From Neodothiora populina (Eukaryota): a DNA stretch of 64,000 nucleotides. Position 1 is the first letter of the stretch, and each line of letters opens with the position of its first letter. Under the pieces are notes generated by a model that did no database searches, was not told the origin of the DNA, and was given only the letters and a program-made list of their open reading frames with translations. The stretch spans positions 868,001-932,000 of the forward strand of contig NW_027191406.1 in NCBI RefSeq assembly GCF_041146345.1. The letters run 5' to 3'. The position numbers and the translations under genes were made by a program. Of this stretch, positions 25,605 to 37,246 are shown in pieces.

Positions 25605-26761
25605 TTGTTCGTCCGGTCGAGTGATGGTTTATAGAAGTCTCCACAGGGATATTTGAATTCAAATGTGGTCGATCAAGTGTCGGTACGACCAACTTGCGGG
25701 GCTAATTTTGGTTGCTCAGGGCGGAGACGACGTCGAGTGTTGCATACTGTGACGCGGTTGCGGGCGCGTTGTTGGTGGGTGATGAAGATAGAGAGAAGGT
25801 AAAAGAAAGGATCAAGGACAAGTCGACGACGCTGGGAAGACAATACAGAGAGACGTCTGTTCTTCGACACTTGGCTCGCTACTGCTGCGACGGAGCCTGT
25901 GGCTCGTCACCAAGTCTCCCATCGTCATCAATATAATCTATACTTCTGTATAACAAGTCTCGGATGATTTTGCATGTCTTTGTCTGAATCCCATCGGCTT
26001 CGTGTTCGAAGAGCTGAAAGGGTTATGACCGAGCCATGTGTGAATCGATCAAGGTTGCTGCTGGTTCGTCGGAACGGGACATCATTCTTCCTACAATTCT
26101 TTACACCTTCTCCAGTACCTTGTCCAACTTGACCTTTCAGAATTATTGACGTATCTCTACTGGAGGTAAACCTCCGCCTCATCTTCTGTGGAAAGAATTG
26201 CTCGGCGTCTCGCCATTGCTGCCTCCGGTCTAATCCAGGCAGGCGCTATTCATTTTATGCTCACATATCCAGGGCCAATGTTGACCACAATTTCCCATGT
26301 GGATCAGTCACATCTCGAACACATGAGGTAACGTTCCCTTGTCTAGGTAAACATTGCTCTGATCGCTTAGTCTGCGGGGAGGAAAAAAAATACAGGACGG
26401 CGAAAGCTACTTGTATTTTGGAGATATGCGCATGGGAAGACTTGACATTTCGAGTGGACTGTAAACAGATCTATACAGCGAACCACCAAAAAAAAATCAC
26501 ACGCTTTCCTCCCTTTGCATGCATGACAAACAGGGATGAATGATCCACAACGATGATATCCTGATCATCCACAGAAGGATAACCACACTCCCCGGTGGCT
26601 TATCCAGAGACACACCAAACAGAGTGTGGTTCCTCTTGGTTTTTTTTGTACTTTTTCTAAAAATGTTGGTAAATTTTCTAAGTCATAAGTCGTCAACTCC
26701 ATCGATTGACCAATCGTGGGTGCTAGCTGTACTTGTCGCTGCTTGAGCCGTTCGCCCGCTG

Positions 26762-28652
26762 TTAGCTCCAGGGAGCGTCAAAGGAGCTGCTAGACCAGTT
26801 GGTGTCCATGTTATATGAGTTGACGAAGTCTTGATCCGCCGGCATCGACATGCCATCATCCCATTGCATCGTCCTGTAGCTGTTGTTGAAGTCTTCCAAG
26901 CCAGTGTTGCTTGGCATGCTGCATGCTTGTTGTTCGCCTACCATGGACTGCTGCGAAGAGTCGCCAGCGCCGAAGTCCATGCCGTGGTTTGAGCCGTCAT
27001 TGCTGCTGACAAGACCGCTGCTGAAGTCGGGCATCAGTGCTTCCCAATTGTAGCTGTGTATGCCAGAAGTCTTGTCTTGCTGGAACATGTTGGGCGGGCT
27101 CTGCTCCAGGGGAGACTGGGAATGCACCGACTCGCCGACATTGGACATCATGGGCTGCGTCTGGAAGAGTGGCTGAGACACGCCGAAATCATGCAGGGAC
27201 ATGTCTTTGGTCGACGAATTTGAAGACTCGGTCGGAAGTACCATCATCGTATTCTCCTGCGACGAGAACACGGGCATGCTCCAGCGATTCGGCGAGCTGG
27301 TATTCGTGTCGAAGGTCGCGCCGAATGCATTGTTGTCAGCAGCAAAGTCGTTACCATAGTCGAAGCCTGTCAGTGGCGCTTGGCTGTCCATCGAGTACTG
27401 GGCATCGAAGCCGCTCAAGTCATCGACACGAGGGAGGTCGTCGATTTCAGATATGGTGCCGGAGGAAGCGTTCGTGAGGGCGGGCTGGGCGTCCAGACTG
27501 CCCGGATCAAGTCTATTCCAGTCCATGCTGGCCCAAAAGTCCGTCGTCTTAGTGTTGTCAAAGTCCATGGCAGACGTAGGTACAGAGCCAGGCAGGGAGA
27601 AGGCTGACGGGTCCGTGGAAGATGTTGCAATGGACATTCCACTCTGAGCACTAGGAAAGCCAAACTCTTGATACATGGTCGAATTGCTGGCGACACTTGT
27701 AGAGGCTTCCGACGACATGTACGAGGAGCTCTCGATGGGCATATTGATATCGAACGGAGACTGATGGCTCATCGATTGATCCAGAGTTGGCGATGATTGC
27801 TTTGACTGGATTTTCACAGGCTCGACGGGTGTCGGCTGAACAGCGGCAGCTGTCAGAGATAAAGGTTGCCAGGTCATGGAAGACTTGGCCCTCAGAGACG
27901 CCAGACTGTCTACAGAGCGGCGGGAGATGTTCTGACCGCTATGGGCGGTGTGAGAGCGGGGCAGCTTGTATGGAGCACCGCTTTCGTGAGCGGCGTTGTT
28001 GTGGCGATGAGCAGGCTTGTGATGACCATTCGAGTACATGGCAAGGTGGCCTTCGGACGAGCGGGTGGTCAGACGAGGTTTTGACTTGGGAATGGTCGAT
28101 ATGGCTTTAGTAGGACTTTCGCCGCGAGGTTCAGGAGACTCTGTACTGTGGGAGGCACAGGTGCACTTGCCGCCATGAGGACAACAGCAGTGATGATGGT
28201 CGGCAGAAGTCTCTTCGGGAACAGGGCCCAGTTCATGTACCGAGGCATGAATCTCGTCCGTGTCAGGAGTGCTACTGCCGGGAGGGGTGGTCGAGCCAGT
28301 GCAGCCATTGGCAGCGACACCGGCGGCTTTGGCCTCTGCTTCGCGCAGGTGGATGCACTTTTCCTTGGGGTGCGGCTTCTCGCCACAATCGCACTTGACG
28401 TGAGCCGATCTCTTCTTGCGCTCGGAGCGACAATGAGGGCACTGTGTTACCGGTCGGCCCTTCTTGGGCACAAAGGTGAGTTCTCGGTCTGTAGATTTGG
28501 AAGAATTAGTTTTGTGAAGTGATGCGGACTCGACAGAACAAGAGTAAGCTTGTTGCAGAAAGCTACTCACCAACATGGGTACATCCGCTCACGCGGTGTC
28601 CCTTGAGGCACGAGGCGCATGCCCATTTTGTGCCATCTTCTTTGACTACCAT
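26762..28652 (-). CDS. Copper-fist transcription factor (Ace1/Haa1/Cuf1-like); 2 exons (28652-28571, 28488-26762)
   Basis: Spliced N-terminus MVVKEDGTKWACASCLKGHRVSGCTHV/DRELTFVPKKGRPVTQCPHCR...HVKCDCG is a copper-fist domain; second Cys/His cluster HHHCCCPHGGKCTC; acidic C-terminus. Intron 28570-28489 (GTGAGT...CTAAT...CAG). Confidence 0.93.
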
Positions 28653-31600
28653 GCCGGGAAGGAGGACAGATCAACGCGATGAGTGGGCGCGCGGGCGATT
28701 CTTTTACCGGGTAATGAAAATAGGCTGGTTTCGGGCTTATACCAGCAAAGCGGTCTGGTTTTTGTTGTTGTTGTTGTTGTTGTTGTTTCTTCTGGTGAGA
28801 GAAACAAGAGTGATTGGAAAAGAGAAGATGTGGACTGTATTCTACAATCGCAGTGGGTATCTTTGATGCACCAAAATATATATGAGGATTCCGTTTTAAC
28901 GCCAGAGTATAATGGGTTTTGGTATGGTGGTGATGGTGATGAGGATGATGACGGTGATGTTGGGAACGAGGCGACGAGAGTGACAAGACTGACAAGACGA
29001 AACTTGACAATAGCAGAAAGCGTAGAGCGTAGAGCGAGCGGGCCTGGCACAGCGAATGCTGGCCTTTCGATGGCCGTATGAACTAAATTTGGCCAACCAA
29101 AACAGTGACTATCCCTTCTCTCCCAGGTTGATGTAGAGAAGTGGGAAGGAGGAGAAAGAATGCGAATGCGGCGGGACATGCGGTTGCCAATATGGACTTG
29201 CCCGCCAGTACAAAGTTAGTGTGCTCGTGCTTGCCGGATCGAGGCACGGACTTTTGTTCACGACCTCGACCTGATGCGATTGGCCGACGCTTAATTGGCT
29301 TGACCTTGAAGAGGTCTCCTCGGATTCGTCTACACTCTCCGTTCTCCTACCACTACGGAGGTACTACTGATGATACTGTATCTTCCGAGGTCACGTTTAG
29401 CCTCAACCCACAACACGGTACTGATAATGCAAATGGTGCATCTCTCGTCGCAACCCATAGCAGTGTACTGTACTGCAGCGACTGTATGTACTCCATCACA
29501 AGTACTGACCGTACAATACAATACAATCCTCGGACGGCTCTTCCGACTTCTTGCCGAGACATGTCAGAAGCAAAGCAGAGAAACACATCATAGCCAGTCT
29601 TTACATGTACTGTACTGTACAAAATGCAGTCAAAGCAAGCATTTATCCATGCATATACAATTAGTTCATTGTCATTCATGTATTCGTCGCTGATTGAACA
29701 GACCCGTAAACGTAATGCACCGTTAATCGCCAATGAGGGGGCTCAAAATAAGGTACTGTACTGTGCAGTAATGTACACGCCCGCGTAAAGACCAGAAGCG
29801 TACATAACGTGTGCTGTGACCACGTTTTGGCAGCACTTGCATGGAGATCCGGACGGGCTTGCGCGCCTGTGTAAGGTGTGTTGTTTACCTTACGGTGGGG
29901 GTTCGACGAGATACGATGCTCATTTGTACAGGAAGGTACTGTATGTACTGACTGTACTTCGAAGAGGCGCAGTGCATGCGCATGCAATGCTGTCGCATCA
30001 ATCGATCTCGTGCGATTCGACTTCAATCAACTCTACTCTGACAATTACCTACACTCTAAATCCATCCCGTACGCACACATTGCCCCAGCTTGGTTAGGCA
30101 TATCAACGCTCACACCGGTGGTCGTGTACACAAACTAGATTGTGCCCCAGACTTTTTGCGGTTTACGGCCAGGCACAACAGCTTCCCAATCCGAAATCGT
30201 CATTTTGTCACTAACAGAGCACACCGCCAGAAATTCCGATTCAGACAACTCCAAGGGTCCTGCTGCGGCAGTGCCACAATCACCTCTCCTGGAAGGACCC
30301 TCTTCCTCGTCATTTTAATATCCCACCATTAATCTACCGGGCTGAGACTCTCGTCATATCCTGTATTTCGATCAGCCAGGAGTTGATGGGAAAGAGAGGC
30401 ACAAGCCCATTGAAGCGCTGACCAAATAGTCACTGGGTTTCCAGTCCTTCCTCGAAAGAGCAATTGTTCACATGCACACAAAGAGGCTCGTGCATTGGAT
30501 TGTGCTTTCTGCCTTTCACCTCACAAGAGAACGTCGTTCATGCTCGACACTGCTCTTGGCATCTTGTCGATCTCGCCCTTCCCACATCTGCTGCAGCACT
30601 CGTCATTCGCAGGAATCGAACCAACGCTAAAGTAAGCAAGAAATAATAATGCAGTATGATGTTGACTTTTTGGCATCGTTTATCCCATCATTGAACTCCG
30701 GCTGCCCCGATCAAAACAAAGATGCGCTTAGTCCAGTCGTCGTCGCCGCCTCCACCTATGGAAACTCACATAAGGATAATATTACGCTTAGGCAAACCCC
30801 ACTCTTGTAAGCGACCACTAACGAAGTCGAGATTAGCCCTGATATAATCGGAGATCTGTTTTCCCTCCCCTTACGAGCCCCGATTTTTCTTCTTAGTCGT
30901 CTCGCTTTCGTAAGTCCAAACACGACAGGTCAGGAGTTCGCTTTCGCAGAGGGGGGCGTGTCGGGCATGATACAAGGGGCTTCGCCACCAGTGTTTGGTA
31001 AGATAGGCATGCCACAAAATGCAATTTATCCGTAGAGACAGACCCTTATGCCGGATCCCACGGATCTGCATGGTTATAGTGCACTTGTAGGTCGAGTAGT
31101 AAACAAAGCAACGAACGAGGTGCAAAACCGGGAAAAGCACAACAGTCTCATTACTCTTGTCCACACCCCCCTCGGTCCAGACCGGTCCTCTGCCCACTTG
31201 TTCGGGTGCACGCTCAAATTTGATAGATTGTTTTGTTTGATCTCCATTACCTTTTTCTTGGGGAGACATTGGAGAGCTGGGGTAGAGCAAGATCCGAAAT
31301 GTGCAATGCAGTGTCTCGACGTGCTCTGATCACTCGTTTAGGCATCTACTGTAGAGCAGTGCAAGATAGGTAAATACGCAGCGTGAACCCCCGGAGACAC
31401 TCTTCGTATCTCGGACCCCACACCGTAGCCTCCTCAATAACAACAACAGACTGTAGGTAATCCGTCCACCCTCAACAGTACAGCTCTGTCGACGTGTCAT
31501 ACATGCCTAGCCTGCAAACTTGTTGTGCTAATTCCTTCATCTGCAAAGACGATGTCTATGAACGGGTTTTGAGCCGCGATTCTGCCCCTCTTGCCCCCTC

Positions 31601-32045
31601 TCCGCCGGCATCCGGGGGGCCTACTATGCATTATGGTGGCTATCTAAGGATTGCCTTCTTCTGTAACGGCGTGCGCCTCCGCAGGCTACTATAGTAGGAT
31701 CATCCCAAGTGTCACTCATGTGATGCGTGAAAACGATCACGGTGGTCATCTTTCCTTAGTGCAAGCAGGCTTCGTATAGGTGCTATCTATTCCTGATGTG
31801 GGTGATGGTGTTGAGCCTTGCTGTCTAGTGTGTTCTTGATGGGCAGTGCTATTCAGATTGGACGTCGGAGTTCCAATATTCACTGTCTTGTTGTTCTATG
31901 CCAATGTGGTACCGTTTTGTCAAGACATGGTATATTCATAGGTTTTATGATATTATACAGGTGTTTCCCTTCACCTAGCTTTTACAAACGGCTTTTTGTT
32001 TTGTTTCCGTCGAGTTCTATTCCTAGAGCGAGCTGATTATCAGTC

Positions 32046-32594
32046 TCATGCAGGCTTGACACCCTTGTAGATGGCAGCAATGCCATTAGTCAAATCCTCC
32101 TCGCCTTGCAATCCTGCGTGTTGGAGTTAACGTCGGAAATGGTGACGTACGTGTTGCGGTCATAGTTAATGTTTATATAGCGTAGTCGAGCATGCGAAAG
32201 GCAATGTCGCCGCTACCGCCTACGATGTCGAGGTACAAAGTAGTCTATCTAAAGATGAGGTGGTGTATGCCGAGGGACATAAGGTCGTTCATTAAGGTAT
32301 GTCGTAGGAACTAGCGATTAAGGAGAAGACGCCGGCGGCTAGAGAAGAGAAGAGCAGGTTAAACACAGGCCTAGCTTACTTTTCGCTTGCTATGTTGAGT
32401 GTTACCTTTAGACTTTTCTAAGAACTTGTTAAGCGTCTCGAAGCCGGAATGTGTCGTCTTTTTATGCTGCCTGTATTACTCTATCTTATCTTATGGCCAC
32501 TGCTGCTCCGCTAGACACCAAAAGGTCGTGAATCTACATCTTAGATGAGAGACAGGAGGTGACAGCCTGAATCACTTGGTAAGAAGGTGGCTAT
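32046..32594 (-). pseudogene. COQ5: Relic of the ubiquinone-biosynthesis C-methyltransferase gene COQ5 (UbiE family), with stops, frameshifts and internal deletions
   Basis: Collinear blocks: KTTHSGFETL (32460-32431), intron 32405-32339, AGVFSLIASSYD, MNDLMSLGIHHL (32292-32257), LDIVGGSGDIAFRMLDYA (32232-32179), VTISDVN, and DLTNGIAAIYKGVKPA* (32096-32046). These correspond to fungal Coq5 TTHFGF, VFSSVA.SYD.MNDLMSLGIHRLWK, LDIAGGTGDIAFR and NLTGGIAAIHKG.K. Confidence 0.9.
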
Positions 32595-32913
32595 TTGTGT
32601 GTAGAGGGAGGCGTGTTTCAAGTATTTCAAGTATTATAGGCGGCGAGAAGATCAAGCAGATCACCGCCGAACTTTACTTTGGCAGAACCTTGACGCCAAG
32701 CATCTTCCTATGCAAGATTGAGTTACGGGTAGATCTTGCTTGACTCGCGCTACTGGCACTGGCTTAGACCGACGCTACCCGTCTACTCCGCCTGGGGTGA
32801 ATGGTCGATCCCTCGGTTGGTATTGTACCTTGTACACAGAACTCATGTATGACCTGCATCTTAGGTGTGTTATGTTTGATGAGGTGTTTCCCTCTCTTCT
32901 GAATCATGTAATC

Positions 32914-34448
32914 ATGTCCTCGTTTACGCTGTCGAGGCTGACAACTAAGTCACTGCGGCGTACAAATGCGTACTTATACTATTGCCGACGATGGAACTCG
33001 GTATCACAGCGTCCAGGTTCAGATCGGTATTTCTACCTACCTATGATACCGATAACATTGACTGATCCAGACAGAGTCCATTTCCCAGGAGCGGTGAACA
33101 GCAAATTCACCAGGAACCTCGACTTTATCCGACCGGATGAGAAGTCGGCGCTGCCCACCTATCGCATTCTCGACCAAGATGGTGTCGTCGTCGATAAGAT
33201 CAGGGAGCCGCCTGACATTAGTGATGGAGAAGTACTGAAGATGTATAAAGACATGATCACAGGTATTGTATTCTATGTTGATCGGATGCTATTCATCTCG
33301 CTGATTTGATCCACAGTCAGTATTATGGACTTGATCATGTTCGATGCTCAGAGGCAAGGCAGGATCAGCTTCTACATGGTAAGTCTCTCCTCTCACCAAC
33401 GATATCACATCACCAGTCAAAGTGTTTCACGAACTAATATCTGTAGGTTTCTGCAGGCGAGGAAGGCATAGCTATAGGTTCAGCATCCGCCCTCGGCTCG
33501 GACGACCCAATCTTCGCGCAGTACCGTGAAGCAGGAATCTTCCAATACAGAGGCTACACGCCTTCGGACTTCATGAACCAGCTGTACGCGAACAAGCACG
33601 ATCCAGGTCTAGGACGCAACATGCCAGTGCACTACGGAAGCAGCAAACTGCACATCCACACCATCAGCTCACCTCTCGCCACCCAGATCCCGCAAGCGAG
33701 CGGCGCCGCCTACGCCGTCAAGATGCAAAACGCCCTCGACGCGTCCAGCAGAGAGCCCAGGTGTGTAGCTTGCTATTTCGGCGAGGGAGCCGCGAGCGAA
33801 GGCGATTTCCACGCCGCGCTCAACATCGCCGCCACGCGCTCGTGTCCTGTCATCTTCATCTGTCGCAATAACGGGTATGCCATCTCGACGCCGACGCTGG
33901 AGCAGTATCGCGGTGACGGAATAGCGTCTCGTGGTATTGGATACGGGATCGAGACGATTCGTGTCGATGGCAATGATGTGTTGGCAGTGCGTGAAGTCAC
34001 CAAGAAAGCGAGAGAGATGTGCTTGCGGAATGGTGGCAAGCCCGTGCTCATCGAAGCTATGAGCTATCGAGTCTCGCACCACAGTACGTCGGATGACTCG
34101 TTCGCTTATCGCGCAAAGGTCGAGGTGGAAGACTGGAAGCGTAGGGATAATCCCATCACGCGCCTGAGGAAGTGGATGGAGACGAAAGGGTTGTGGAACG
34201 AGGACAAGGAAAAGGAGCTGAGGAGTAGTGTCAGGAAGGAAGTACTAGAAGCGTTCAGGACTGCCGAGAAAGGAAAAAGGCCGTCGTTGAGATACATGAT
34301 GGAAGGGGTCTACGAGGAAATGACTGAAGAGCAACGAGAACAGATGAAGGAACTCCGAGAGACCATGGAGAGATACCCCAGCGAGTACGACGTCAGCGAA
34401 TTTGAGGATGGACTTGACGGGCTCAAGGATAGTTCATACAACAAGTAG
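32914..34448 (+). CDS. BCKDHA: Branched-chain 2-oxo-acid dehydrogenase E1 alpha subunit, mitochondrial; 4 exons (32914-33026, 33075-33262, 33317-33378, 33447-34448)
   Basis: AQRQGRISFYM/VSAGEEG, GRNMPVHYGS, TPP-binding motif FGEGAASEGDFHAALN...CRNNGYAISTP, and YRVSHHSTSDDS. Arg-rich presequence. Confidence 0.95.
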
Positions 34449-34520
34449 ACCATCCACCAGCAGTATATGAAAGACAAGTGCAAAATCCACTTTGCAATTG
34501 CGAAACTCCTATGAATTTTT

Positions 34521-37038
34521 CTAATCCTCCATTCCAAAATCATTGACTGCACCCAAGAACTCCCCACGAACTCCGCCCTCTTGCGCCAATAACTCATCGA
34601 CGTCGATGCCTCCAGAGGTAAGATAACGCTCGCTGACGCCGACATTGATCCTCTGCTTCAACAGATCATTGAGCTCCCATCGAAGCGCCTTGGTCTCATC
34701 TTTAGTCATAGACCTGGCCTCGACCTCCTTCCTCTTCCTGCCTGCTCCACGACCCCTCTTACCAGGCGCCTCCTGCTGAAACTCCTCGGAGTCATAGTCG
34801 ACGCCCAAATCCTCGGCCGCTTCCCGGAGGAAATCGTTCTCGCTGTTCTTCTTCTCCTTTGCGATCGTCGTGTCCGCCAGCTTCTTAGCCAGCGTGGCTC
34901 TGGGCTTCAAACGGCCGACGACGCGGCGGTCGATGTCCAGGGTGCGGATAAAGAAGCCATTCTTGCCCTTTTCGCCTGTCTCCGCTGCTGTCGCTGCGGC
35001 GGACGTTGCGTGGACTTTGGCGACCAAGCGCCTGGTTCCGGCGACTTCCTCGGGTCCACAGATGAGGATTGAAGAGCCTTTGGTTCCTGCACGCGCAGTA
35101 CGTCCTGAGCGATGCACATAGGAGTCTGCGGTACGGGGTAGATGATAATGAACGACGAGTTGGACATTGGGAATGTCGAGACCGCGGGCGGCGACATCGG
35201 TGGCGATCAGGATGTTACTTGCGTTGGCTGTGCCCTTTGCTGCTGTGAAGCGCTCTATCGACCGCATGCGTGCCTTTTGCGCCATCTGTGAGTGCAGAGG
35301 GAGCACAGGTAGCTGCAGGTTCTGGAGGAACGGGGTCAGGCGGCGAACCGCTGAGATGGAATTGACAAAGACAAGGGCCTTCTGGTTTGCGTGTAGTAGC
35401 AGAAGCGCGTAGAGGAATAGATCCTGCAATGACGGTCAATTCGAAATGCTTTTGTGACTTTTCAGACAATGTTCTTACCTTTTCGGTTCCTGCACATTCA
35501 ACAAGTCCCTCCCTGAGGTTCGAGGCCATCTGGCTCAGAGGGTTGACATCCACAAATTTGGGCTTCTCCTCACGGAAGTTGAGCTTCTTCAAAAGATACT
35601 CCATGCTCTGCTTCTCATCCATAAGGCCGCTACCAAACTTTTGCTTGCCTGCCAGCTTCTGTTGTAGTCCTTTATGGAATGTCGCAGAGAAGACGAGCGT
35701 TTGTCTCTGCCTGATCTCCTCTTCGGTGATTTCGAATTCCTCCTCGTCGGCATCGGCGCCCAGTACTTGATCTTTGCGATCGAGAACATTGATGATCTCT
35801 TCAACCTCCTTGAAGTGACCCTGACTCAAAAGTCTATCCGCCTCATCGATGACAAGAAATTGAATCTGCTTCAGCCACTTCAAGATACCGTGTCCACCGC
35901 TGATGACTTCCCAAAGACGTCCAGGAGTGCCAATGACGATATCTGCCGTCTGCAACAGTCTTTGTTGCTTGAGGATCGAGAGACCGCCAGTTAGGCATGC
36001 AATAGATGGCCCTTGACCACCAAGTCTAGAACATACTTCATTCATGTGCGCTGTGATCTGGTGGGCAAGTTCTCGTGTAGGCGAGAGAATGAGAGCCAGA
36101 GCTGGAGTCCGGGTCTTTTCCTCCTCGGTCGCTGGCTTTTTGGCGTTCTTACGGATTGCCTGCAACTCGAGAAATCTCTCAATCACAGGGATACCAAAAG
36201 CGAGCGTTTTTCCAGAACCAGTGCTGGCCTTGCCAATTACATCATGTCCAGCAAGAACCTCTGGTATGGCAGCTCGCTGAATAGGTGTAGGATTCGCAAA
36301 CTGAAGTTTCGACAAAGAAGAAAGAGTTTCGTCTGATAAGTTCAAAGGACGCCATGCGCTGATGTCGGCACCTTCTTCCTCGTCATCCTCGAGCAGGTCT
36401 CCGATCGCAGCAAAAGACATTCCATTCTCAGCTTGAGCATTAGAGGCCTTTTTAGTCTCGGCTTTAGCATCTTTCTTGGGCTCCTTCTTAGCTTTTGGTT
36501 CTTTCTTTTCTTTCTTTTCCTTCTTCTCCTTCTGTTTCTTCTCCGGCTTCTTCACTTCCTTGGCTTGCTCGGGATCATATTCTCTAGCAGGATGAGGCGT
36601 GACAGTCTCCACCTCCAACGTAGATTTGGTTTCTACTGGGGTCGCCACTTCATCACTTGCTTCCTCATCACCAAATCCAGACCATTCCTCTGCGTCAGAG
36701 TTTGCGCCCTCGCCATCAGGATCGAAAGGGTCCTTTGACTTTGAGTCACCTTCGCCGGCTTTCTTCAATCTGTCACCAGTTGCACGGTACGAGATCTTGC
36801 CACCATCTTTGACAATTTCAACATCATCGATTTCTTCCAATCCATAGAAGCCCTCGAAGTCGTCCAAGCGATCTGGCATTTGAACTTCCTTCCATGCCAA
36901 TTCTTCAAGTCGCACATTTTTGGGTGCGACTGGTGAAGCTCCTGCCGCTTTATCTGTATGTTCTACCTTACGGCGCTTGCTGCCTTCTGTCGCAGCACCC
37001 TTGGTTGGCAACGCTCTTTTCTTCTGAGATGCAGCCAT
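34521..37038 (-). CDS. MAK5: DEAD-box RNA helicase Mak5 (DDX24); 2 exons (37038-35479, 35423-34521)
   Basis: PTPIQ, ASTGSGKTLAF, PTRELA, GTPGRL, DEADRLL, SAT, TDVAARGLDIP and YVHRSGRTARAG; N-terminal GFYGLEEID motif. Intron 35478-35424. Confidence 0.93.
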
Positions 37039-37246
37039 GCTTATTGTTTGAATTACAGAATGGATATGCAGATTTCTTGACGGCGAAGTCGAAACGCGGA
37101 TAGCAGAATAAAAAAGTTCAAGGGTCCAGCTCTGGGGCGGATTAACTTCGGCGTGTGGACGGGGCTACAGTAGAGCCTCTTTTCTTTAGATCTATGCGAA
37201 TTGTCACAATACTAGCACTGATCTTGAATATACGTTTGCCACAAGT
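37039..37246. promoter_or_regulatory. Putative bidirectional promoter for MAK5 and TRM7
   Basis: 208 nt between divergent ATGs; contains AAAAAAGTTCA (RRPE-like) at about 37110-37120 and TACAGTA at 37166. Confidence 0.5.
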
